The notes under the pieces are model-generated. The model did no database searches, was not told the DNA's origin, and worked only from the letters and a program-made list of their open reading frames with translations. A program made the position numbers and the translations under genes. A stretch of DNA of 62,562 nucleotides, the filler included, from Globobulimina sp. (taxonomy: Eukaryota), in the NCBI GenBank assembly GCA_003354225.1. It is 26 parts of 26 records of this genome, joined end to end, with 100 filler letters (N's around TTAATTAATTAA, not from the genome) between each part and the next. Parts side by side here need not be neighbours in the genome. Positions count along the whole stretch, not along the records: positions 21,712 to 24,022 come from PIVH01007469.1; positions 24,123 to 26,433 come from PIVH01007470.1; positions 26,534 to 28,843 come from PIVH01007471.1; positions 28,944 to 31,253 come from PIVH01007472.1; positions 31,354 to 33,663 come from PIVH01007473.1; positions 33,764 to 36,072 come from PIVH01007474.1; 20 more parts are not named here. One strand, written 5' to 3'. Positions 21,712-33,894 of the stretch are shown here, piece by piece (within the stretch, counting starts at the first letter, position 1; every line of letters begins with the position of its first letter).

Positions 21712-24022
21712 TATCATCATATTTCTTATAACACCGAAAATGAAAAATGATCTCTTGCGGTCGGTTATTTTTTAAATATAACAACGAATATTTATATTCA
21801 ACCGAATATAGTGACTTATTAAAATTTGAATTATTTATTGTATTGAAATTTAGTTTGAGAATTAATATTTTATTATATCCTTTTTTAAATTTCAAACTAT
21901 ACAAATACGGCACCAACTTGTTGACAATTATTTTTTTTAACTGCGGCAACAATTTGTCACATTCCTTATTGATATAAACCATTTTATTTGTTTTCAAACT
22001 CCCATTCGAAGCAACAATATTATTAAAAATCAACTGCATATAATTATAATTATCCCCTTGTAATTCCGCCTGTGTCTGATTCAAATAATTGGTAATAAAT
22101 AATATCAATTTCTTTTCATACTGCTTCTTAAATATTAACTTATTGTGGCTGAACCATCGCCCTTTCACGATCTGCAAATACAATTTGAATGATTGTATGT
22201 CATTATAATGCGTGCCGATATTCTTCTCATTTTTTATGCAAATAATGTCATAAATTTCAAACTTTCCGCCATAGATCAAATGCTCCGCTTCGTTTGGATA
22301 GTTGCTCAAAAACGACATATTGAGCGCAAAATTATATTCTGTACTCGCTGTAAACTTACCTAATCGCAATATGATACCACCGTATTTCTGATTAAATTTC
22401 CTAATCACTTTAAAATTATTGCTGCTCGAAATGGGCATATTATATTCAATGGACAGATACGACAAAGCTATCTCGCCATTGATGTTGTAATACAATCGAT
22501 CGATATTATTCTCGCCCAAAACCAAACCAAAGCAATAAATACATTCATTTAGCAATCGGCACCAATGTCCAATCTCGTTGTTACGCACTCGAATCTCAGC
22601 AAAGCTCTCCTTCGCATTCCTACGGACACAGCCTCGCGAAATGAAATGCGAATAAACAAACGAATTATAATAATTGCAATATAATAATAAGCTGATTATA
22701 TGATTGATGGTGAACTTCTGTTCCAGTTTCACTTTACAGCCAAATTTGACCCGCAAACATTTGAATTTTCGCCCCATGATCGATAATAAAAAGTCTTTGC
22801 TGCGGTTATACAGACAAAAGAAATCACGTTGGTTGATTTTATAGATGTTATTCGTCAATAATTCGCTTTTTAAATCTGGGTATTTACAGCGGCAAAATTG
22901 CAAATGGTCCACCTTCCAATACGTGAAATATTCGCCAAATAAATAGCTATTCACCGTTTGGAAATTATTTTTCTTTTTGCTCTTTATATCCATGTTATAC
23001 TTGATACCGTCGCTGATATTGGTGGGATATAACAAGGAACAATACAATATATCCAAATATTGCTGGATGCCAATCTCAACTCTTTCGTCCACAGAGCCAG
23101 CGGCAATGGCACTATTTTGGTCATTGATGAAATACAAATCACGCCGTAAAGACATGGATAACTTATTTAAGTTATACAACTCTGAATTTTTACTGCTGTT
23201 ATTTAGGCGATTCAGACAATATAAACATTCTAAGATGAATTCATTGGAAAATAATGACGCGGATAGCTCAGAGGTGCCGCCTGCATCCAATACGAAATAG
23301 AAATCGTTTAACAATGCAATTTTGTCATAGCCGTCCAAGGCGATAAAGAATGAAGTTATTGATAGGAAATCTTCATTCTGTTGTATTGATTTTGTGTTTT
23401 TGCGAATGTGCGATTGCGAGTTATATACAAAAAATATAGGTAACTTTGGGTAAATGCTGCGATTTAAAATGTTTGTCTTTATACGCGATCCAATGTGTAT
23501 AGCATTTTAAAATGAATATAATACGCTTAAAACAGGCATCTTTAGTCATGGTTTGAGTTTCGTCCTTGTTTAATTTCGATTTTTTGTGAATTTCATGCCA
23601 TTCTCGCAGGACATTGGCTTTTTTTAATGCTTTTATATCGGCTTTAATTTGATGCCGTTTTCGTGGATGTTTAGGGGTCATTTCTATTCCCTGTTTTTCT
23701 TCTTCGTCATGTGGTAAATCATCCGATTTATAATCATCGTCATTGTGGTTATGGTTGTGTTGAGCTAATATAATGCCTGTAATCTCATCGATATTTGGGT
23801 CGTCGTCTTCATATTCTTCCTCGTACGCGTTTGAATTGTCTGATATATCTGATTTAGGCGACTTTATGCATTCATTTACATGGGTTTTATGGCTTGGTTT
23901 TCCCTTAGAAACACCAGCATATGTCTCTGCATTAAAGGTTTGCGTTTTAATACGTTGTAAGCGATGCGATGGCACTTTCAAACGAATTATATCATTTTTA
24001 ATGTCCAAATGTAGCAATTGCA
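21712..24022 (-). CDS. ADP-ribosyltransferase-like protein (toxin/ARTC fold, degenerate), spliced, truncated both ends
   Basis: Intron 23378-23444 is in frame. FGEYFTYW, KYPDLKSELL, HIISLLLYCNY, LYYNI, PISSS and FLSNYPNEAEHL are colinear with the 46120-48117 paralog. Confidence 0.65.
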
Positions 24023-24272
24023 NNNNNNNNNNNNNNNNNNNNNNNNNNNNNNNNNNNNNNNNNNNNTTAATTAATTAANNNNNNNNNNNNNNNNNNNNNN
24101 NNNNNNNNNNNNNNNNNNNNNNAATAAAATATACCAAAATAAACACAAAAAATGGAGACAAAAAACGCTGGAAAACAGCGAACAAAACAAAGAAAACATA
24201 AACACCAACAACGGCGCCAAAGTGTCAGATGTCTGGTTTTTATGCAACGAACCAGTCACTTTGAATGAAATA

Positions 24273-26433
24273 ATGAGCCATCAATCACAAAACCCACCAA
24301 ATAAACAATCACAAAATGCCAAAGCCAAAAGAAACAGCACCGCCTATAACTTCCCATTGCCATTCAACAAAATGGTGGGTCGCATGCACACCGACTCCGA
24401 CAAACCAAAGGAATTCAAATTCAAAACCAATGCGAAAATCGAGAAATTAATCTCAAAGTTGTCCTGCACCAATCGCAATAACTATCGCTCAATGAATCGG
24501 AACGAGCAATTAAAGAAAACCCAGTTAAAACAGGAAAAGGCCGAAAAACGAAGGTTGCAACTTCGAGAACAGCGGCACAATAAATGGCAAATCGTTGCTG
24601 CAAAAAAGAAGCAAACCCGCGACAAATTGCGGAAAGAGACCGAGCATAAACTGCTTTTACAGAAATTAGAGTTGAATAAAAAATTGGATTCCGCTCAGAT
24701 GAGATATGAAAGCAAAATAAAAGAAAGGGAATTGAGGGCAAAACAGCACGGCGTTAAGATCCAAAATGCGAAGAAAATTAAAGATTTCCAGCTGTCGAAG
24801 AAACGAGAGATTCAAAGAAAATCGCAAGAGGAGAAAATGAAAAATGCGCAAAAACGATATAAAGAGAAAATTTCCAAAACCAAACGCAATGCAATGTGTT
24901 CGAGCAAATATATCAAAGATAAGGAAGATAATCATTCGACGGCTTCGAGCCATTCCACGCATTCCAATCACTCGAAAAATGGGAATGTGAAGAATAAAAA
25001 AAAACGAAATCACAAAAACAAGAATAAAAATAATAATAATTTTAAAAACCAATCAAAAAATAATAATAAGAGCCATACGAATAAGAAAAAAGAAGGGAAT
25101 GATGAGATATTTACCATTTTTCAGAGCGAACTGAATGAAGAAAAAATAGTGATTTGTAGTGGAGAAATGAAGGAAACGTTAAATGTTTTATTGTCGTCGT
25201 CGAAGGAATATATTTCAAATATTAAATTACCGAAAAATCAGTGGCTGGGAAATTGTCATTATTCAGAATTGCGAGTGGCGGTACATTCGTTATCCAATAA
25301 AATACATCGATTAAATATAAAAAGTACAGAGCCGATTACATATTTAATGTCGTTGGTGTCGGCAAATAAAAGTAGTGAAGAACGAGTGTATGAATGTAAT
25401 AATTCTTTGGAGTCCTCGCTGCAAAATATATTGAAATTAATGGATAATCAGCGAGTGTGTGATGCGTCAAACACATATTTATTGATGTATTTAATAGATT
25501 TATTGATAATATTAATCACATATTTTAATAATTTATCATTGCGGACACAGCGATTATTGCTGCAATGTGTTGTCAATTCGACACAAAAAAATCGAGGAAT
25601 TGGACATTATATAATACGCAGTAAATCATGTTTATATTTATTAGATTTATTTTATCGCATAATTTTTATTGACGGCCAGAACAACAATAATAACAATAAT
25701 ATTATCTCCATAATCCATACATTGCTACTTTCGATCGATTCAATTCGTGATTATCCGGATTTGATTGCAAGAAAAATAACATTTTATAAATATTTATCAA
25801 TTATAAAATTTTTTAACAAAGTCGTCTGTCTATTTAGTAAACTAAAAATAAATAAAAGTAATAAAGAAAGCTATGATTTATTTTTGCGAATTGTGCCATT
25901 TATTCAATCCGTTACTTCATTCAATGACAAACAATGCAGTTTATTGAATAAATATAATTTAACTGTTATATTTGATGTAATTTCAGATACGAATTTCTAT
26001 GGTTTGCATTCGTTAATTTCAGCACTAGTTTTAGAGCCAAATAAAAATTCATTGCAATCGTGGACCAAAAAGAAACCGATCGAAATCTTAAAACTTATTT
26101 TTTATTCCTTCCAAACTATAAATAACATCGCACGTATTAATATTAACAAATTTCAACAAATTATTGATAAGATACATTTGATGGAAATATACCATGTTTT
26201 ATCGTATTTGTTACAGCATTTAACATGGCATCATTCGTCAAATACAAATAGTAATTATATTCGCGTATTATTGGCTCAGGTTGTCCTATTTATTGGTTAT
26301 TGTTCCTTTAAAAACGACACTTTTCAGCAATGTCTAAGATGGGGCGATAAATTGCAGAATAATCTAATTTATAAATTGTGTCAACTGCCGTTTGATTACT
26401 TTAATAAAATAAAAGAAATTAAGATATTATTTC
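24273..26433 (+). CDS. SCAPER-like protein (3' truncated)
   Basis: N-terminal charged coiled coil (SKLS..KQEKAEKRR); C-terminal FIGYCS..LRWG..LIYKLCQLPFDYF resembling the SCAPER C-terminus. Confidence 0.72.
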
Positions 26434-26534
26434 NNNNNNNNNNNNNNNNNNNNNNNNNNNNNNNNNNNNNNNNNNNNTTAATTAATTAANNNNNNNNNNN
26501 NNNNNNNNNNNNNNNNNNNNNNNNNNNNNNNNNC

Positions 26535-28070
26535 AATGACGCAAACCACGATCCAACCACCGACCAAATCATCTCATCAAATAACTCCAATCCAGAAAAA
26601 AAAGAAAATATTGTCATACTATTAACAGAAGAAAAGCGAAGATTAGTGGTATATGGCTATGCCAGATACATCTGCGGCCTATTTGTGCCCAGCGACATCT
26701 TAGAAACAATAACAACATCCTTCATGGACGAGGCCTTTATATTCAAAATCAAATCTGACGAATTATATAAATTTCGGCACGAGACAGACAATGTCGTTTC
26801 ATTCACTTCCTCCATATTCATTTACAGAAATATCAATTTCCAGTTACAAATCACGAAGATCTTAAAGGATCACAACGATCATGGCTTCCAATTATCCGCT
26901 CGCTTATTATCCAAAAACGTCATCATAACCACAACGATAGCTTTGCAATGCGCGGAGTCCGGCTGCGGATACCATAACTTTGTGGAAAATTTCTTTGAAT
27001 CCGGCTGGCCGTCTTCCACACTAAAATTGTCCGACATTAATGACGATATCAGCGAATTAAATTTTATCTGCAAATTTGACATCTTGCGCGTTCAACCTAT
27101 GCTTGACATTGAGCACAGTCAAACAGCTCCAAATGAGACGGAAACAGCGAATGTTATACAGCCATTTTATAAGAGCATTAATATGAAACAGAAAGTGAAT
27201 TTTCTGTGGAAGTTAGATGACAAAATATCTCCTTCCTACCGTACAGACAACGACGATTCGAGTTTGATTTTATTTTACGAGTCGCCGCAGTTTGAGAATG
27301 GCAGTTATGTGGTCCACTTTATTCAGTCGAATGTGATGGAACGCGACGGTTTTGCAGTGATGTTGGAGCTGTTCAGCTATCCTTTGGGTGTTATTAAGGT
27401 TACTTTGAAATGGATAGTCATTGTCAACTATGACGGGAAAGTGATTAAGAAATGTTCCACGGATGATTTTGCGCTGAATGATAGCTGCCATTCGAAGGCG
27501 TTTTCGAAATCAGATTTTCATTTCATTGGCGAAACGAATGTATTTTTGCTGTCTTTGTTGCGGATTAAAGTCAGTATTGAAGTGTTGGAGATTTATAATG
27601 AATACAATGAGCGGATTAAGTGGGAGGATAAATATGATATTCGTCATTGGCCAAATAATGGGATATGTAATGAGTTATATAGCGGGCAAAAAAAGAAGGG
27701 AAAAGGCCAGGGTTTGTGTGCTGAAAATGAGGAGATTGTGAGTTTAAAAGATGAGATTAAACGAATGGATAATAAGTTAAATCAGTTGTTATCCATTAAT
27801 ATGACACAGATTTATGATGAGGAGGTGGAGAGAGGGAATGATGAATGTGTACGTGTTGGAACTTTGGAGGTATGGTTGGAAGAGATTGGGTTAATAAAAT
27901 ATAATGATTTATTAGTTGAACAAGGATTTGATTCATTGGCTATGATGAAAGAGATCAATGTTCCAAAGGATTTGGAATATATTGGTATTACTGTTAAAGC
28001 GCATCAACTGAAATTTATTAATCATATAAATAAATTAAAAAAAATTAAATCAAATGTCAAATTTACATAG
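26535..28070 (+). CDS. Beta-rich (MATH-like) protein with coiled coil and C-terminal SAM domain, 5' truncated
   Basis: LVVYGYAR..VPSDI N-terminal motif; LEVWLEEIGLIKYNDLLVEQGFDSL..DLEYIGITVKAHQLK SAM signature. Confidence 0.75.
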   Translation, partial: NDANHDPTTDQIISSNNSNPEKKENIVILLTEEKRRLVVYGYARYICGLFVPSDILETITTSFMDEAFIFKIKSDELYKFRHETDNVVSFTSSIFIYRNINFQLQITKILKDHNDHGFQLSARLLSKNVIITTTIALQCAESGCGYHNFVENFFESGWPSSTLKLSDINDDISELNFICKFDILRVQPMLDIEHSQTAPNETETANVIQPFYKSINMKQKVNFLWKLDDKISPSYRTDNDDSSLILFYESPQFENGSYVVHFIQSNVMERDGFAVMLELFSYPLGVIKVTLKWIVIVNYDGKVIKKCSTDDFALNDSCHSKAFSKSDFHFIGETNVFLLSLLRIKVSIEVLEIYNEYNERIKWEDKYDIRHWPNNGICNELYSGQKKKGKGQGLCAENEEIVSLKDEIKRMDNKLNQLLSINMTQIYDEEVERGNDECVRVGTLEVWLEEIGLIKYNDLLVEQGFDSLAMMKEINVPKDLEYIGITVKAHQLKFINHINKLKKIKSNVKFT

Positions 28071-28376
28071 AACTGTGGTATACATATCTGTAATTGTATA
28101 AATTTTTTTTATTTTATTTCTTTTGCAAAATATCGTTTATTATAAATACTTATCATTATATACATCGTTTTCGTTGCTTTGCATTTTTGTTTTTTTGTTT
28201 GTGAATCCAAAGTGTATTATATATAATTATTTTGTTTTAATATAAGGCTTTATTGTTTGTTTGTGTTGAATACACCAATTAAAACTAATAAGTATTCTGT
28301 GGGAAAGTTGCAGACACGGAATTGTTAACATATTTGTATGACGTTTCGCTTCATAAAGATTTTCTGACTGCCTTGC

Positions 28377-28843
28377 ATGGCGTTACGCCAATCGAAGCTC
28401 TGTGATACATGGCCAATCGAAGATCATTCCGTGTGGGATCATGAGAGAATGTTACAATGGATTTGTAGTTTAAACCCAAAATTCTACCAACGATATTATA
28501 ACTCGTTCACAATTGCAAAAGTGAATGGTGTTGATTTCCAATTGCTGACTGACACTGACTATTTATTCTTTGTATTGAGTATGAATGATAACGATTCAAC
28601 TTCATTTTCCACTGTATTATCAGACAGAATATACAATTATAACATATCCAAACACAGCCAATCGCAACATGTACAAAAACAGCCAAATGAGGCAACGGTA
28701 TTTGAAACACAGCCACAGAACTCACTGTCACCAAAACAAGAATATCAATTTTTAACCAACGGCAACAAAGCTACCTATGTCGAACAAAGCAGCTCATCAA
28801 CATTGGCTGATGTGAATGGAGCTGTTATCATTGATTATGCAAC
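28377..28843 (+). CDS. SAM-domain protein, 3' truncated
   Basis: WDHERMLQWICSL..YYNSFTIAKVNGVDFQLL. Confidence 0.65.
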
Positions 28844-28943
28844 NNNNNNNNNNNNNNNNNNNNNNNNNNNNNNNNNNNNNNNNNNNNTTAATTAATTAAN
28901 NNNNNNNNNNNNNNNNNNNNNNNNNNNNNNNNNNNNNNNNNNN

Positions 28944-30096
28944 ACTGAATTCATTAAAAGGGGAATATAAAGAAAGCCAACAGGAGCTGCGACAAACACA
29001 GAATGAGCAGCAACAAACGCAAAATGAGTTGAAAGAAATTAACATTGAATTCAAACAAACACAAAAACAGTTGGAAGCAATTAACAGTGACTTGAAAGAA
29101 ACTGAAAACGAGTTAGATGTTCTAAGAGATGAATATAAGCAATTACAGCAAAATAATAATCATTTGGATAAAAAGAATTCTTCACTAAATCTGAAATTGC
29201 AATCCATCCAAAAAGAAAAAGACAAATATGAATATTCGTGGTATTATCTCGAACATGGAAAGGCCATCGAACTGCAAACTGCTTTGGTTCACAAATTAGA
29301 ATGCTTAAAAATTGGAGAATCCTTTACTGACAAACATAAAATGTCATCATCTAAGTTTATCAAATTAGAAACTGACATATGTGCAGAAAAAAAAACATTT
29401 GGACTTTCCCGCATTTCAATTGTTCGAAGAAAAAAGTTGTGTGCAAAGCAGATATATGGCCAAGTTGTGTGTCAATCAGATATACATTTGACGGATAATA
29501 CGTATCCGCCATGGTGGCAGAAAGTGGATGTTGCAGGTTACAGTGATGTAAATTTGATAGAAATGGATATGAAAACAAATTGTGTAGCTATGGAAGTCGC
29601 AAATAGATTCAACCAAACATCAAAACATTTGATTATAAAAATTGAATCAATGCAAAACAAGCTGTTGTATGACAAATGGTTGCATGAAAGACACACTTTA
29701 ATTAAATTGATTGGGGAAAATAATATTAATGAACGGAATTTATTTCATGGCACCAAGACTGAAAATGTTATGCGGTGCATAGAAACAGAAGGCTTTAGGA
29801 AAGAGTTTAATACATCTGCAGCTATTGGAAATGGTACTTATTTTGCGCGGGATTCAAGTTATTCCGTTGGTTATTCGTCACATAATAATGGTGTAAGGAA
29901 AATGTTTGAATGTAAAGTGCTTTGTGGTGAATCCGTAAAAGGGAATGGAAATTACAAACTTGTTTCATGGCCAAAGAAACCTTCTGGTTTAATGTATGAC
30001 TCATTGGTAAATACTATACAAGATCCATCAATGTTTGTTCTGCATGAAAATAACAGAGCATATCCTATGTTTGTGATTACGTTTCGTTGTACATAA
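28944..30096 (+). CDS. Coiled-coil + PARP catalytic domain (probable mono-ART), 5' truncated
   Basis: ERNLFHGT, GNGTYFARDSSYS, MFECKVLCGE, YDSLVN..PSMFVL..RAYPMFVITF; no catalytic Glu in the last strand. Confidence 0.92.
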
Positions 30097-30150
30097 AATT
30101 GTCGCAAAACATATTGAAACGTTGAGTTTTAGTAAAAAAAAACAATTAAG

Positions 30151-30948
30151 TCATGATGATTTGGTATAATCTGTCCTCAGTTGTTCATTATTTTCATTTT
30201 TATAAAATCCACAAAGTACAGCACCACCAAGCAAACAAATAACAAATATGGTAACAAATAATATTTGCTGTATCTCCAATGTTAGAATATGACCAACTTC
30301 ATCATGAACTTCATGATGTATTATTTTGCAATATTCCATATATGATAAGTTTGGGAAATTATTTGGCAAATATTGAGTATATGCATCCTCTTTGTACAGC
30401 GCACCTTGTTGTGGTCCATTGCTATCACCATATTCAAAGTACACATCATCGCTCCAAACATTTAATCCTTGCGTGATTTGCGCAAATGGCGTTTCCCACA
30501 CTTCGCCACCAAGATGATGGATATTGTCATTTAATGTGACAAATATTTGTCCACCACGCGAATTTGCACCACCGCCAGCAAACGAAATGAGTCCCTTTTT
30601 CCAGTGACTTTGCTGAAATAAATCATTCCCCTTTGGATCATCATCTATAGAACCAATTTGGTGCCATTTTCGCATTTTATCTCTGTCCTTTGGGATCCCA
30701 AATTGTACTGTAATATCTTTTTGACATCGAAATAATGCCGCTCCGTCATAGAAATTGTCCTTTACAAGTTCAACAAATCTGGCTGCTCCTATCGGTGACC
30801 AATCGTGGCGTATTAATATGTCAAATATGCCACCATCCTTAATTTTACATTCAACAAAACTGGCTAAATCCATTGATGATGGTTCTGCAAATGCTGTTTG
30901 AATGATTATTAATGATATCCAACACTGCCATAATGATAATGCTAACAT
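30151..30948 (-). CDS. Secreted/membrane cyclophilin-type PPIase
   Basis: Signal peptide; WSPIGAARFVELV..FYDG..LFR..VQFGI..ISFAGGGANSRGGQIFV..WETPF; C-terminal TM helix. Confidence 0.9.
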   Translation of the reverse strand: MLALSLWQCWISLIIIQTAFAEPSSMDLASFVECKIKDGGIFDILIRHDWSPIGAARFVELVKDNFYDGAALFRCQKDITVQFGIPKDRDKMRKWHQIGSIDDDPKGNDLFQQSHWKKGLISFAGGGANSRGGQIFVTLNDNIHHLGGEVWETPFAQITQGLNVWSDDVYFEYGDSNGPQQGALYKEDAYTQYLPNNFPNLSYMEYCKIIHHEVHDEVGHILTLEIQQILFVTIFVICLLGGAVLCGFYKNENNEQLRTDYTKSS

Positions 30949-31009
30949 GATATGTTTAGTCAGTACTTTAAGTTAGATTGAAAAACAGATTTTTTAAAAT
31001 CATAAAACA

Positions 31010-31253
31010 ATGACTTGTCCCGCAAACCCAGATATCATTCAGGTTCCATGGGAGTTTATTGAAGGTGATGAAGCACCCAAAGTACAGCAATTTGGATCAG
31101 ATGATGGGGAAAATGCAACATTTCGAATAAAAGGAGAGGATCATACGTTGGGCAATGCATTGAGATGGATGCTATCGACATCAAATAATAAAACAGTGGA
31201 ATTTGCTGCTTATACCATACCGCATCCACATTCCGACGCAATGAATATTCGGA
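31010..31253 (+). CDS. POLR1D: RNA polymerase I/III subunit AC19 (RPAC2), 3' truncated
   Basis: NATFRIKGEDHTLGNALRWML..VEFAAYTIPHP..MNIR. Confidence 0.85.
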
Positions 31254-31353
31254 NNNNNNNNNNNNNNNNNNNNNNNNNNNNNNNNNNNNNNNNNNNNTTA
31301 ATTAATTAANNNNNNNNNNNNNNNNNNNNNNNNNNNNNNNNNNNNNNNNNNNN

Positions 31354-31585
31354 CGAAGGGTCGGTGTTGACAGCCACATGTGGTACTCCGGAGGCTGCAT
31401 GACTACATGCCTGGCATTGGAAATAGGACAACATGCTGACCCAGAGGTGGCAATACCACTCCAGCTGTTCCAGTCATACCTCGGACTCATACCTGAGCTT
31501 AGAAAGCATGGCATGGCACTAGAACAGATCTGGAGGAGCAAGTACCATAAGCTCAAAGCTGGGTACAGATGGCAGGTGGTCACCA
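31354..31585 (+). other. GC-richer foreign coding fragment fused to the G8 gene (possibly non-LTR retroelement)
   Basis: Open + frame ..TTCLALEIGQHADPEVAIPLQ..RWQVVT. Composition differs from the rest of the contig, and the G8 reading frame degenerates at this point. Confidence 0.35.
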
Positions 31586-33640
31586 CAATGATCGATGCCA
31601 ATCACCAAAGTTGGATCCACGTTGGTTAATGTAATTGCTTTCATTGCATTGATTCCTTGCGGTGTATAATGATCAGAATGGTCCAAATATTCGGTAATAT
31701 GCGTGGTCGTGGCACCAATATCCGTATAATTTCTAAATTCTATCTGTGACAGAATAATCTTAACATACGTATCTGTAATAAAGTAATCTCAACCTACGCA
31801 TTTGTGACAAAATAAGCGCAACATACCATAGAATCGAAATCCTTTACGATCATAGTAATGATATTCTTGCTGCGTCCAACCCAAAGTATTATCAGTTCTG
31901 CCCGTCACAATTGCATTGTACATGGCACATTCACCAAAACACTGCGCCGAGTTCAGCACATCATGCGATTCATAGTGCTCTATAACGATTTGATTGCCCC
32001 AATGGGAGATTCCTTTTGCGCATAAAAACGTTTTTGTGTGTTCAAAATGCATGAATTCCACACTATTGCTGCCACCGCCGGTATCCACAGTTGTCCTCTC
32101 ATTGCGACCCGAATTGTATTTCATTAAACCATCCGCGCTGTCAACGTACAGCCAAGCTCCAATATAGACACAGGTCCCCTCCTCTCGCCAATAGAAACCG
32201 GAGCTGTGAGCTGTGTTGCCATAGAATTCCAACAATGGGCGATGTAACGGATTGTTGTATCCCCAATCTTCATTTTTAAATTGTCCCAGCGGATACGGAC
32301 AATTTGGGAACGCAAATCCCGCCCAACCACCACTGGCAACGTTGCCAATGAAGCGATTGTAGGCATTTGGTATATAAAAACCGGACGCAGTGCTATCAGC
32401 AGGCACCACCAAACCCGAATGCTGCACAAAATCTTCGCCCGGCTGACCACAGCAATCTGCTGGCTCGGAAATGGGATGAATGTGCGCAGCCATGTTATAT
32501 TCCAAAGTTACTTCTTCCTCTACACCGTCTTCTAAATAATAGCACATTCCGTACACATTATAGGCAATGTTCCTGGCGATATACGTTTTGTTGGTACCAT
32601 GAATGGTATAACAGCGGAATTGTGAATGTGTTACGACATTGTCTTGGAAGTAGGACTGTTGCGCATTGTTGCCGTTTCCGAGTAGATGTAAATGGAATGG
32701 ATAGCGTCCCAAAACATTTAATTGTCCACAAAAATCGCAATGCACGCCACGTATTCTGCCAATGGTAGTATTGCCTTTTACGATAATATGTGCGCCGAAT
32801 CCATTGCTCACAGAATCTGTGCTACGCTGTCCTTGTACTCTAATCCTGCGCGTTAACAATGCAACTTCGCCTTGATATTCATGGGATGCCCAATGAGTGT
32901 GATTGATACTGCCATTTATTTGCAGTACATTGCATGAATCAATTGCGAGTATGTCAAAGATTTCATTTTGATGGCTATAGCCTGCTAAGCCTTGCCAGGA
33001 ATAACCTGCATAGCAATATGTATCCTTGTATTCGTCAGCGCAATCAAACCAAACCTATTTATTTGTTTATATGTTGAGTAAAAGCAGTCAAAAATGGTCC
33101 ATTTGGACTGTTTTTGAGGTAAAGTAAGGCCGTCAGCATAAAATACCGTTGTTGTCAATAATATTTGTTGTCCAACTTCCCAATTAACACAATCTTGTAA
33201 ATATATATACGTATCACCGACATTAACAATTCTTGCCAATCGTGTCCAAGTGGGAATATATTGCTTTCCGTGCATTTCTAAAACACCACCATTTTCAACC
33301 ACAATGCCTTTCGAGGTTGCTACGGAAATCCAGTCATAATTTTGAGCATAATTTGACGACGCTTTGTCACCAATAAGATTGACAGTAATTTTGCTGTATA
33401 ATCGACAACTATCACTACCAAAAGATAATATCCCTTCCACTAAAATCTCTCGCACATTCAATGTTATTTCACTGTCATCAAAGATTAAATGTGATGAAAA
33501 CGGCACATATATGCGATTAAAAGAAGGATTGCTTAACCCTTCCAATGAACATTTAGTGATAATAACTCTTGTATTTATAGGTAATACGATGTCACCCGAT
33601 GTCTGATCCGGAAATAATGATTCCCAGCTTGTAAGCCCTA
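31580..33640 (-). CDS. G8-domain / parallel beta-helix protein (TMEM2/CEMIP/fibrocystin-like), spliced, truncated
   Basis: HGKQYIPTWTRLA, GEVALLTRRIRVQG, GRYPFHLH, IHGTN, YYLEDGVE; in-frame introns 33055-33146 and 31773-31826. Confidence 0.9.
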
Positions 33641-33894
33641 AATATTAACAAAATACCAATACANNNNNNNNNNNNNNNNNNNNNNNNNNNNNNNNNNNNN
33701 NNNNNNNTTAATTAATTAANNNNNNNNNNNNNNNNNNNNNNNNNNNNNNNNNNNNNNNNNNNNCAACATTATGGAAAACATGTTGTGTATCAAGATTGTG
33801 ATCAACTGACATACCAACTGAAACATTCTATGATTTCTTAGAGTTTTGAAGAACTATCCTTGCACTCAAAAAGTGAAGTGAGATACTGTGGATC

